Of a stretch of 48,345 nt of DNA, positions 25,030 through 32,660 are shown one piece after another. The translations under genes and the position numbers were made by a program. The stretch's first letter is position 1, and the number at the start of each line of letters is the position of its first letter. The notes beneath the pieces were generated by a model. It was not told the DNA's origin. It was given only the letters and a program-made list of their open reading frames with translations, and searched no databases. This stretch comes from a virus (lineage: Duplodnaviria; Caudoviricetes): IMG/VR virus record IMGVR_UViG_3300012953_000049, positions 1 through 48,345 of that record. One strand, given 5' to 3'.

Positions 25030-27441
25030 GTGTGGAAAAACATGAGATATAAATTTGTAAAGACCCCCGACCCAAAATATGTGGAGACGCTCAAAGAAGC
25101 GGAGTATTGGAGAGATATATATGAATCGGCAGAATGCATAGGATTTGACACAGAGACAACTGGACTATCTAAGACAGGGGCTAGGGTAAAGTTCTTCAGC
25201 TTATCCGATGGTGAATCAAGAATTTGCGCTCCGGTTAGGCTCTTGCCAGTGTTTGCCGGTGTTCTAGAAGATCCCTCCATAACCATGCGGATGACGAATT
25301 CCAAGTTTGACATGCACATGGTAGCAAATCACGGAATCCACATACGTGGAGTTCTACAAGATACTGTAGCTATGGATTGGCTCATCGACGAGAATCGACG
25401 AGGAAGGCACGGACTGAAACAGACCTCAGCAGATTACCTAGGGCTTAGAATGGCATCGTTTAAAGAGGTCTTCGGAAGCGTAGGAGCCGTTACCAAAGAA
25501 ATAGAAGTCATGTGCAGGATGCACGACGCCCTAGAAGAGCAAGATGTGGGGCTTGCCGTTGAGTTGCTCAGCTTGGTAGGGCGTGTCTACGGAGACGAAT
25601 CAGTAGTAGCTGACCTAAAGAAAGTAGGAAAAGCTCGGTCAAGCGAAAAGAAGCTAACCTCTACTCAGCTACTATCCATAGCTAGGCGGCACGAACTGTG
25701 TCCTAAGACATCAACTAGGATGGGCTACGTAAGCGACTTCTCTAGCCTAGTAGGGCTGGGTCCTGTGGATAAGGAAGACCGAGTAAAGGCAAAGTGGTAC
25801 CTTACAAACGATATACTAATATCGGACGCCCATGACATCCTGTTTGACTATTTAGGCACACAAATAGAGGCAGACATAGAGCCGCTTGAAATGATCAAGT
25901 TGATGGTCGCGGACTATGCTTCTCTAGATGCGTGGGGGAGCTACACACTAGTCGATGTTATGAGCGCAGAACTCTGCAAAATGGCTATGCACGACACCTC
26001 GGACGAGACCTTGCTAGATTACTATTACTCTGTTGTAGACCCTTTCCTGCGAACTCTGTGGAATATGGAACGTAGAGGAATAAAGGTAGACATACAAGGC
26101 ACAGAAGATCTAAGAATTCCGATGAAGAAAGATATAGATCAGCTGGAAAGAGAGATAGTCAGAATAGCAGGGTGGGGCGTAAACGCTAATTCGGCAAAAC
26201 AGCTAAGAGAACTGTTTTACCGTAAAGACGGCAGAGGAGACTGGATAGATCCGTTCGGAGAGCGTCCTAAGTTCTGGAGTTCTGGCGGAACCACAGGCAT
26301 AAAGAATCCCAGTACTTCCAAAGCAGCTATTGCGGAGTGGGCCAGCAAAGGCAACGAGCTTGCAATAGCTCTCCAGGAGCATCGAATCCTCTCTAAGCTG
26401 CACAACACGTACTTAACTGGACTGCCTCTGTGTGCAGACTCTAGGGGACGTATCCATACTGACCTAAAGGCAACTGGAACCGTAACCGGTCGGTTATCGA
26501 GCGGAGACCCTAATCTACAAAATATCCCGTCTAGGGGAGATTGGGGAGCAAAAATCAGAAAGTTATTTGTTGCTGGAACGTGGGGAGAGTGCATTGATCA
26601 TTCGCTAGAAGAGCTGAGTCTCGTAGATCCCCCTAAACTAGCTAGAGGCACCTCAATGACGCTAATAGTGGCAGATTATGAGCAGCTAGAAATGCGAATA
26701 ATGGCTCATATGTCGCAAGACCAACAAATGATAGAAACGATACGGTCTGGTAAGGACCTACATTCTATGACCGCATCTCTAGCTGGAGGCTACGATTATG
26801 ATGAGATTATGGAAGCTAAAAAAGCTGACGACCCTACTAAACAGCAAAAAGAGCTAATAGAAGTACGGGCTCAAATGAAAGCGGTGGGCTTCGGCTTATT
26901 GTACGGAATCGGGGCCGCTAAACTCGGGCATCAGCTAGGACTTGATATTACAACTGTCAAAAGAAGAAATGGTAGGACGTATGAAAAATGTCCAGAGGCC
27001 CAAGACTTGATAGAAAAATATTTCTCTATCTATCCTCAAGTGAAGGCATTTATAGATGATACTCATATCCTTTGTGAGGATAGGCTCTTTGTTCAGACCG
27101 TTCGTGGGAGATATCGTAGGCTTCCCGACATACTATCCGACGACAAAGGAGTGGCTTCCATGACCCGAAGGCAATCCGTCAACTCTATCATCCAAGGGTC
27201 CGCGGCAGACATTGCAATACAAGCAATGCTGAACTGCGAAAGTAGTGAGGCTCTTAGACTTATTGGAGTACGTATGCTTCTCCAAATACACGATGAGCTG
27301 GTTTTTGAAGTACCGAACATTCCGGAAACAATAGAGACCGCAAAAGATGTGATTAAAGAGCTTATGGAAGATCCTATTCCTATGAGCGTCCCAATTCCCA
27401 TATCAATGGATTGCGCCAATAGTTGGGGAGAAGCTAAGTAA
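25030..27441 (+). CDS. polA: DNA polymerase family A with 3'-5' exonuclease, no 5' nuclease
   Basis: ExoI FDTETTG, ExoII NSKFD, ExoIII YASLDA, TGRLSSGDPNLQNIP, motif A ADYEQLEMR, motif B RAQMKAVGFGLLYG, motif C QIHDEL. Confidence 0.96.
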   Translation: MWKNMRYKFVKTPDPKYVETLKEAEYWRDIYESAECIGFDTETTGLSKTGARVKFFSLSDGESRICAPVRLLPVFAGVLEDPSITMRMTNSKFDMHMVANHGIHIRGVLQDTVAMDWLIDENRRGRHGLKQTSADYLGLRMASFKEVFGSVGAVTKEIEVMCRMHDALEEQDVGLAVELLSLVGRVYGDESVVADLKKVGKARSSEKKLTSTQLLSIARRHELCPKTSTRMGYVSDFSSLVGLGPVDKEDRVKAKWYLTNDILISDAHDILFDYLGTQIEADIEPLEMIKLMVADYASLDAWGSYTLVDVMSAELCKMAMHDTSDETLLDYYYSVVDPFLRTLWNMERRGIKVDIQGTEDLRIPMKKDIDQLEREIVRIAGWGVNANSAKQLRELFYRKDGRGDWIDPFGERPKFWSSGGTTGIKNPSTSKAAIAEWASKGNELAIALQEHRILSKLHNTYLTGLPLCADSRGRIHTDLKATGTVTGRLSSGDPNLQNIPSRGDWGAKIRKLFVAGTWGECIDHSLEELSLVDPPKLARGTSMTLIVADYEQLEMRIMAHMSQDQQMIETIRSGKDLHSMTASLAGGYDYDEIMEAKKADDPTKQQKELIEVRAQMKAVGFGLLYGIGAAKLGHQLGLDITTVKRRNGRTYEKCPEAQDLIEKYFSIYPQVKAFIDDTHILCEDRLFVQTVRGRYRRLPDILSDDKGVASMTRRQSVNSIIQGSAADIAIQAMLNCESSEALRLIGVRMLLQIHDELVFEVPNIPETIETAKDVIKELMEDPIPMSVPIPISMDCANSWGEAK

Positions 27442-27665
27442 TGTGGCACCAATCAGAAGGACAGGGGGCTAGAAAGAAGTCTAATAGTTTAGTAGGCACA
27501 GTAGTAAACATATTAAGCTTAGACGGCATTACTACTAAGGGATCGATGTCAGGAACTCTGCTAGAGATAAGCGAAAACGGAGTACTTATTAGGACTGACC
27601 GAGGGGAGCTTTTGTTCTCTACCTCATGTGCGGTCAGTCTCCGCGCTGACTCGGGAGAAATATGA
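27441..27665 (+). CDS. Small beta-barrel protein (Sm/SH3-like, tentative)
   Basis: LVGTVVNILSLDG...SGTLLEISENGVLI pattern. TAATG coupling. Confidence 0.5.
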   Translation: MWHQSEGQGARKKSNSLVGTVVNILSLDGITTKGSMSGTLLEISENGVLIRTDRGELLFSTSCAVSLRADSGEI

Positions 27666-27946
27666 CTCACAAAGAGATAGTAAAGGAACTGTCCAAAAGA
27701 ACTGGAGTGCCTTCTTCGACAATTTCCTATATTCTGGACGTGCACGGTCAAATAGTGACAGAATGCTTGGTCCGACAAGAAACGGTGCAAATACGAGATG
27801 TTTGTAAGATAAGTTCTACGATGCGCAAACAAAACGTAATGGTACCTGAAACAAAAGCTAGGGCAGTAGAGAGGTCCATCAGATTAGGCATTCGACCTAC
27901 GAAAGAGTTTAGAAAGGTCCTAAATCGATGGAAAAGTACGCTGTAG
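27662..27946 (+). CDS. HU/IHF-like DNA-binding protein
   Basis: MTHKEIVKELSKRTG...ETVQIRDVCKI...RPTKEFRKVLN matches the HU fold layout. Confidence 0.8.
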   Translation: MTHKEIVKELSKRTGVPSSTISYILDVHGQIVTECLVRQETVQIRDVCKISSTMRKQNVMVPETKARAVERSIRLGIRPTKEFRKVLNRWKSTL

Positions 27947-28104
27947 TTCTAACCGACGAAGTAACCAAGATAGCTGAAAAGGCGGGAAAATGCTGCCCTC
28001 AATGTGGCAGTAACCGAGTAAGCTATAGAACCTTAACTCCGTACTGCGAGGTATGTGGAACGGAACCTTGGGAGAAAAATGAGCAAAAAGACCGAAGAAA
28101 GTAA
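27928..28104 (+). CDS. 58-aa zinc-ribbon protein (not in the ORF track)
   Basis: MEKYAVVLTDEVTKIAEKAGKCCPQCGSNRVSYRTLTPYCEVCGTEPWEKNEQKDRRK with AAGG RBS. Fills the HU-RecA gap. Confidence 0.75.
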   Translation: MEKYAVVLTDEVTKIAEKAGKCCPQCGSNRVSYRTLTPYCEVCGTEPWEKNEQKDRRK

Positions 28105-29218
28105 TCTTCAGGCAACCATAAACCAACTAAAATCCAGGTACCCCGGGAAGATATTTTCTGCCGGAGAGTACACGATGCCCTGGGTTATGAAGAGGCTGCC
28201 CACGGGCATTTTAGACTTAGATATAGCCCTGCAGGGAGGTCTTCCCGCAGGGGGGCTTTCTTTCTTTGTAGGTAAGCAAGGAGTCGGCAAGAATTGGCTT
28301 GCTAATCAAATAATTCGAGAACATCAAATGCGCTACGGCGATGATACGTCAGTAGCAGTTATCTCAACTGAAATGGTATACGACAAAACCCAGGCTAGGG
28401 CGTGTGGAGTTCGGGTAGCCTACAGCGAATCTGAGATCGAGCATTTCTCACGACAGAATGAAGAGATGACCGGTATGCCACTTTCTGAGGAAGATAAAGA
28501 GGACATGCGGGATCAGATAGGCGATTTCGTAACAATACCTCCACAAAAAGCAGAGCTTCTCTTTGACATTGCTCTGGACATCATTGCGTCGGGGCAGTTT
28601 GATATTGTTCTAATTGACTCGTTTGGAAGTCTCTTGACTGAGCACGACGCGGAGCAGAGTCTATCCGAGTCACCTAGAGTGGGAGGCGCAGCGCTGCTTA
28701 ACACTCGATTTGCTAGAGGGCTGAACAACGCCCTGGCTCCTGACAAAAACGGAAAACCCAATTTGACTACGGTCCTCGGCATTAACCAAGTCCGTGATAA
28801 CACGGACAGGGCGAATAAGTACTCCCCCAAGACCATAGAGGCTGGAGGATGGGCGCTAAAACATGCCCGCTGGGTTACCGTTCAACTAAGCCCTATTGCA
28901 AAGGTAAAGGACGGAAAGAAAGTCGTAGGTAAAACGGTGCGGTGGGAGATCACCAAACAAAAAGCCGGGGGCCACGAAGGGGCTCACGGGACGTACGATT
29001 ACCTGTACGCTCATTGTGGAATCAATAGAAGTGTTCACAGCGTTACCATTGCGGGAGATCACGGAGTGGTTAACCGTAGTGGTGCTTGGTATTCTTATGA
29101 GGGGGAGCGCATTGGGCAAGGAGCTAAAAACGCGGCTGCCTATGTTCTCGACAACGGGCTACTAGACGAGATCGAACTCAGAACCCTGCAAAAGGTAGGT
29201 ATTCAGGGCGGAGCGTAA
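28079..29218 (+). CDS. recA: RecA/UvsX-like recombinase
   Basis: PTGILDLDIALQGGLPAG, Walker A GKQGVGKN, IVLIDS, INQVRD, GGWALKH, SGAWYSYEGERIGQG. ATG at 28079 follows GGAG. Confidence 0.93.
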   Translation: MSKKTEESNLQATINQLKSRYPGKIFSAGEYTMPWVMKRLPTGILDLDIALQGGLPAGGLSFFVGKQGVGKNWLANQIIREHQMRYGDDTSVAVISTEMVYDKTQARACGVRVAYSESEIEHFSRQNEEMTGMPLSEEDKEDMRDQIGDFVTIPPQKAELLFDIALDIIASGQFDIVLIDSFGSLLTEHDAEQSLSESPRVGGAALLNTRFARGLNNALAPDKNGKPNLTTVLGINQVRDNTDRANKYSPKTIEAGGWALKHARWVTVQLSPIAKVKDGKKVVGKTVRWEITKQKAGGHEGAHGTYDYLYAHCGINRSVHSVTIAGDHGVVNRSGAWYSYEGERIGQGAKNAAAYVLDNGLLDEIELRTLQKVGIQGGA

Positions 29219-29219
29219 G

Positions 29220-29690
29220 ATGGGGAAACGGAAAGCCTGTCCCTTTTGTGAATCGCTAAATATAAAGCCCTGGGCCGCCGGTAAGATGCGGTGCAGGGCT
29301 TGTAATCGTGCCTTCTCGCCGAGAGAGTCCCTATCTATAGATTATGTGCCAGCCAACCCTAGAGTAAGCACGCGCCGACAAGCAGATAAGCAAGAAAAAG
29401 CTAAAGCAAAACTTCTCGGGGTTCGACAAACAATAGCCTCCGGACAAACTCCCATTGATAAGGCAGATCTTAAAGGGGAGCTATTGAGAGTTGAGTGCAA
29501 GTATACAGATAAAAAATCATTTACTCTGAAGCAAGACGATCTAGTGAAGGTAGGGAATGCTGCATCCGTAGACCAAATGCCTGTCTTCATGGTGGAGTTT
29601 AGGGATAAGGGCAACACGTACTACATCGTTGAAGAGGGTTGGTTCCTTCAGTTATTGGAAGCGTACAGGAATGAAAATAAACACGATTGA
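29220..29690 (+). CDS. Zn ribbon fused to a PD-(D/E)xK Holliday-junction resolvase-like nuclease
   Basis: CPFC...CRAC, then ASG..KAD.....VECKYT. Confidence 0.75.
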   Translation: MGKRKACPFCESLNIKPWAAGKMRCRACNRAFSPRESLSIDYVPANPRVSTRRQADKQEKAKAKLLGVRQTIASGQTPIDKADLKGELLRVECKYTDKKSFTLKQDDLVKVGNAASVDQMPVFMVEFRDKGNTYYIVEEGWFLQLLEAYRNENKHD

Positions 29691-30483
29691 TGATCTTGAT
29701 AATTTTTCCGCCGAAGAGATAGAACAAGTACGGTCTAGTATAGATATTAGATCTTATTACAATTTGGGCGCAAGAAAACTAGGCACTAAAGTAGGACTTA
29801 CGCTACAGGAGTATCGAGAATGGAAGAATAAAGAGCCGGATCAGGTGTGCAGATCGTGCGGAGGTACTGGGCTTTTTAAGCCCTACGAACGGAGTGTGGG
29901 TACTGTACACGCCTCCAGTTCACACATGTGTGTGCGGCGATTATACTATGATGTTGTTGCTGACAAAGCTCCTAAACAGTTTATCCCGCACGCACTGTTA
30001 ATGACATTCGCTATTGGACACGCCATACACGACGTAGTTCAAAAAGCTCTTCATCTTTCGATTCCAGGATTCTTAGATGAGGTCAAGATAGATCTGCCTG
30101 AGTTATTTGTAATGGGATCAAGCACTGACGGGCTGATTCCTTTGAGTAATTGTCGGGTGCTACTTGAGATAAAATCAATGGGCAAGGAGTTTGATAAGCT
30201 TACGCAGCCTAAGCCCGCTCACATAATCCAGGCAATGGGTATTTATGCGAATGCCTTAGATGTTCCATTTATCTCATTTCTATATGTTAGCAAGTCATGG
30301 CCGCATGACATAAAAGAGTTTGTGCTAACTTACGATAAGAAAATCGAAAAAAGATGGTGGAGGGCAACTGGGGTAAAAATTGAGGAAGCCCTTTCAACTG
30401 GACAACCTCCAATAGCCACAGCGGACAGGTACGAATGTAGCAGCTGTCCGTATAACTATTTTTGTGAACAGAGGGCGCGGTGA
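29671..30483 (+). CDS. Cas4/RecB-like PD-(D/E)xK exonuclease
   Basis: C.RRLYY, GHAIH, TDG...LLEIKS, Q...IY, and C-terminal CSSCPYNYFC (Cas4-type Cys arrangement), plus a CRSCGGTG knuckle. Confidence 0.8.
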   Translation: MKINTIDDLDNFSAEEIEQVRSSIDIRSYYNLGARKLGTKVGLTLQEYREWKNKEPDQVCRSCGGTGLFKPYERSVGTVHASSSHMCVRRLYYDVVADKAPKQFIPHALLMTFAIGHAIHDVVQKALHLSIPGFLDEVKIDLPELFVMGSSTDGLIPLSNCRVLLEIKSMGKEFDKLTQPKPAHIIQAMGIYANALDVPFISFLYVSKSWPHDIKEFVLTYDKKIEKRWWRATGVKIEEALSTGQPPIATADRYECSSCPYNYFCEQRAR

Positions 30484-31028
30484 AGAAAAATCATGATTAC
30501 TCGGTTACCCTAGATGAAGGGGATCGAATGTACGAAGATGCAGGACTGAAGGCAGTGGAGAGACTGGAAAACTCAGGGCTCGCACTGCCCAGCCGCCCTC
30601 TAGAAGATAATGGACAGTTTTTTGATGGACGACTTCCTGACAATGTAAATAGCTTTACTAATTCTGAATTGGGAGACATCTTTTCTAAAATGTGCGGACA
30701 CAGCGATTATGTTAACAGCCTGTTAACCGTGGCTAAAGCGGAGACATTAAACTCTTCAGAAAAGCTAAAGCTGGTCAAGAGCCTAGTTAGAAAATCTAAG
30801 ACAGGAACAGTTCAAGAAAAAGAAGACCTGACTACCGCAGATATCCGTTATGTAGAGGCAAATACTTGTTGGATAGAGGCGAAAACTTTTTGCGAGCTTT
30901 TGGGAGGAATAGCGGAAGCAGCTAACCGAGATTTAAGAGTTCTCTCACGCCTCATAGAGAATAAGAAGGTTTCAATTGAGATGAATAGGAGGGACTCTAA
31001 TCTTGGAAGTTCTAGACGAAGATTCTAA
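30480..31028 (+). CDS. Helical protein, possible UvsY-like recombination mediator
   Basis: Long coiled-coil helices (TVQEKEDLTTADIRYVEAN) close to RecA. The function is inference. Confidence 0.4.
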   Translation: MKKNHDYSVTLDEGDRMYEDAGLKAVERLENSGLALPSRPLEDNGQFFDGRLPDNVNSFTNSELGDIFSKMCGHSDYVNSLLTVAKAETLNSSEKLKLVKSLVRKSKTGTVQEKEDLTTADIRYVEANTCWIEAKTFCELLGGIAEAANRDLRVLSRLIENKKVSIEMNRRDSNLGSSRRRF

Positions 31029-31476
31029 GGGTTGCTTAGATGTATTTTTCCCTGATTTGCCTCCCAGTGAGAATAAGATTAGAGTTCACAGATGGCAAGG
31101 CGGGGCTACTTACTCCGCAGAAGCAAAGCTGTATCGTCGTAAATTCATCGAATATATGCGTAATAACCATATGGTAGACCTAGTAAGGTTTACCAAGTCC
31201 CACACCGAGACCAGTGCGTACGTCTTGGAAATGGATTTTTACTTCCCCACTCTTGTGAATAAAGGATGGCCCAAGAAAGCCAAGACTTTTTTCAAAAAGT
31301 TTGATGTGGGGAATAGACGAAAACTCTTAGAGGATTGCCTATCGGAATTAATTGGAATAGATGACAGCCTGTTTTTGAGGCTAATACTCTCAAAGAATAT
31401 GGGAAAAGATACTGGGGTATACTTACGGCTAACCCCAGCCAACATAAAAGAGTATGGAGTGAGGCATGAAAAATGA
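31003..31476 (+). CDS. rusA: RusA-like Holliday junction resolvase
   Basis: LPPSEN, DVGNRRKLLEDCL...GIDDS matching the DxDNxxKxxxD...DD pattern. Confidence 0.75.
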   Translation: MEVLDEDSKGCLDVFFPDLPPSENKIRVHRWQGGATYSAEAKLYRRKFIEYMRNNHMVDLVRFTKSHTETSAYVLEMDFYFPTLVNKGWPKKAKTFFKKFDVGNRRKLLEDCLSELIGIDDSLFLRLILSKNMGKDTGVYLRLTPANIKEYGVRHEK

Positions 31477-31756
31477 CGTCAATAGGACAGAAATTGCCTC
31501 CATATGTAGGGAAGAGGGGTTGGGAAACGTAGAGAGAATGTCTGACCGTATCTATGATGTAGTCATGGGTATGGATGACGAAGACATACCTTGTCCTCTC
31601 GAAGAACACAGAAGTACTATGGAGAGACACATTCAGCGAAATTTCAGACGTCTAAGGACGCAATTGCCTGGGTGTAACGGCAGGTGTACAACATATGGAT
31701 GTCCAGAACTAATCGTCATCCGATGTTGGCAGGCCATGAAGTCAGACATAATATGA
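31466..31756 (+). CDS. Cys-rich hypothetical protein
   Basis: 96 aa with CNGRCTTYGCP..VIRCW and GGAG/GAGG RBS. Confidence 0.7.
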   Translation: MKNDVNRTEIASICREEGLGNVERMSDRIYDVVMGMDDEDIPCPLEEHRSTMERHIQRNFRRLRTQLPGCNGRCTTYGCPELIVIRCWQAMKSDII

Positions 31757-32607
31757 CCAAGTCTTGTTTAGACTGCGTATTCCTAGATAAGTGCAAAAAA
31801 GTCACCGGACACATGCTAGCTAATGGATTGGGCTGCAACCTGCATGAGAAAGTAAGTGATGGAGTGACTGCCGCTAGATTCAGGGTCTTACAGGAATTTG
31901 GACCATATCCAATGATTAAAAATAAAAAAGGAAGTAATGAAATGAGAGGAAAACAAAGGCTTTTACGAACCATCGCTGTTCGTACGGGGGCTCTAAAAAT
32001 GGGGCCAGATACTCTTACAATGACGGAGGATAATCTTATATCCGCCATATTGGGAGTTACAAACGATGCAGGAGAGGCTCTGTACCCATCCATAGCAGAT
32101 ATGGAGGAAGAGGCCCTAAGTGAGATTTTAAACGATCTCAAAACGGGGAACAATAAAGTACATACTTCCCCCGCAAAGGAAGAAACAGTAGAAACAGTAG
32201 AAACAGTAGAAACAACTGAAAACTCGACGCCTCCTCCAAAGAAAAGGAGGAAGCGGCGGACCACGACTACCAAAACAACGGAAAACGTGGAAACCACGAC
32301 TACTACTGCAGCTACTACTAAGAAGAAGCCTAAGCCCAAACTTACTAGTAAGCGTACAAAGCCTACTGCCACTACTTCAACCGATGTCCCTCCTTGGACT
32401 ACGGGAGTGGCGGAAGACATCAAAGCCATCGGCGCTCAAATGGTGGTAACTCAAGAAAAGACTGAAGACTTCCAGAAGGAAGTTAAGCTCGAGATAGCAG
32501 CTATAAGTGAAAGAGTAGATGCAATCATAGGCTACCTAACCTGGGCACATAACGAAAACTATGACGACAACATCAGTTCGTTGCTAGCTTTCGACTGGGA
32601 AGATTAG
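31753..32607 (+). CDS. Hypothetical protein with N-terminal Cys cluster, T/K-rich disordered linker and coiled coil
   Basis: ATGA overlap at 31753. Contains CLDC..LDKC, PPPKKRRKRRTTTT and TTKKKPKPK. Confidence 0.7.
   Translation: MTKSCLDCVFLDKCKKVTGHMLANGLGCNLHEKVSDGVTAARFRVLQEFGPYPMIKNKKGSNEMRGKQRLLRTIAVRTGALKMGPDTLTMTEDNLISAILGVTNDAGEALYPSIADMEEEALSEILNDLKTGNNKVHTSPAKEETVETVETVETTENSTPPPKKRRKRRTTTTKTTENVETTTTTAATTKKKPKPKLTSKRTKPTATTSTDVPPWTTGVAEDIKAIGAQMVVTQEKTEDFQKEVKLEIAAISERVDAIIGYLTWAHNENYDDNISSLLAFDWED
32182..32214 (+). repeat. 9-bp tandem repeat GAAACAGTA x3 plus a partial copy (ETV repeat)
   Basis: Directly visible, in frame. Confidence 0.9.
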
Positions 32608-32622
32608 TAGGTAGTATACACT

Positions 32623-32659
32623 AAATAGGCGGGGAACTTTGTTCCCCGCCTATTTTTAG
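32623..32659. terminator. Terminator hairpin between convergent replication and tail blocks
   Basis: AAATAGGCGGGGAAC-ttt-GTTCCCCGCCTATTT 15-bp stem ending in TTTTTAG. Confidence 0.9.
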
Positions 32660-32660
32660 C

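Noticed and set aside
25470-25910. Intein or intron in polA (also considered for RNAP, DnaB and RecA)
   Set aside because: No C/S...HN-C/S/T splice junctions or homing endonuclease motifs, and the reading frames are continuous.
29671-30483. CRISPR-Cas system suggested by the Cas4-like gene
   Set aside because: No repeat-spacer array or other cas genes seen. Solo Cas4-like nucleases are common in phage replication modules.
31716-32429. 237-aa hydrophobic minus-strand ORF
   Set aside because: Antisense of the T/K-rich low-complexity gene. The poly-Val arises from complementing ACN codons.
17864-32625. TACACTAAA at both ends of the replication block (17864 and 32617) as att or target-duplication sites
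   Set aside because: Only 9 bp and AT-rich, with no integrase or transposase in view. Compatible with chance.
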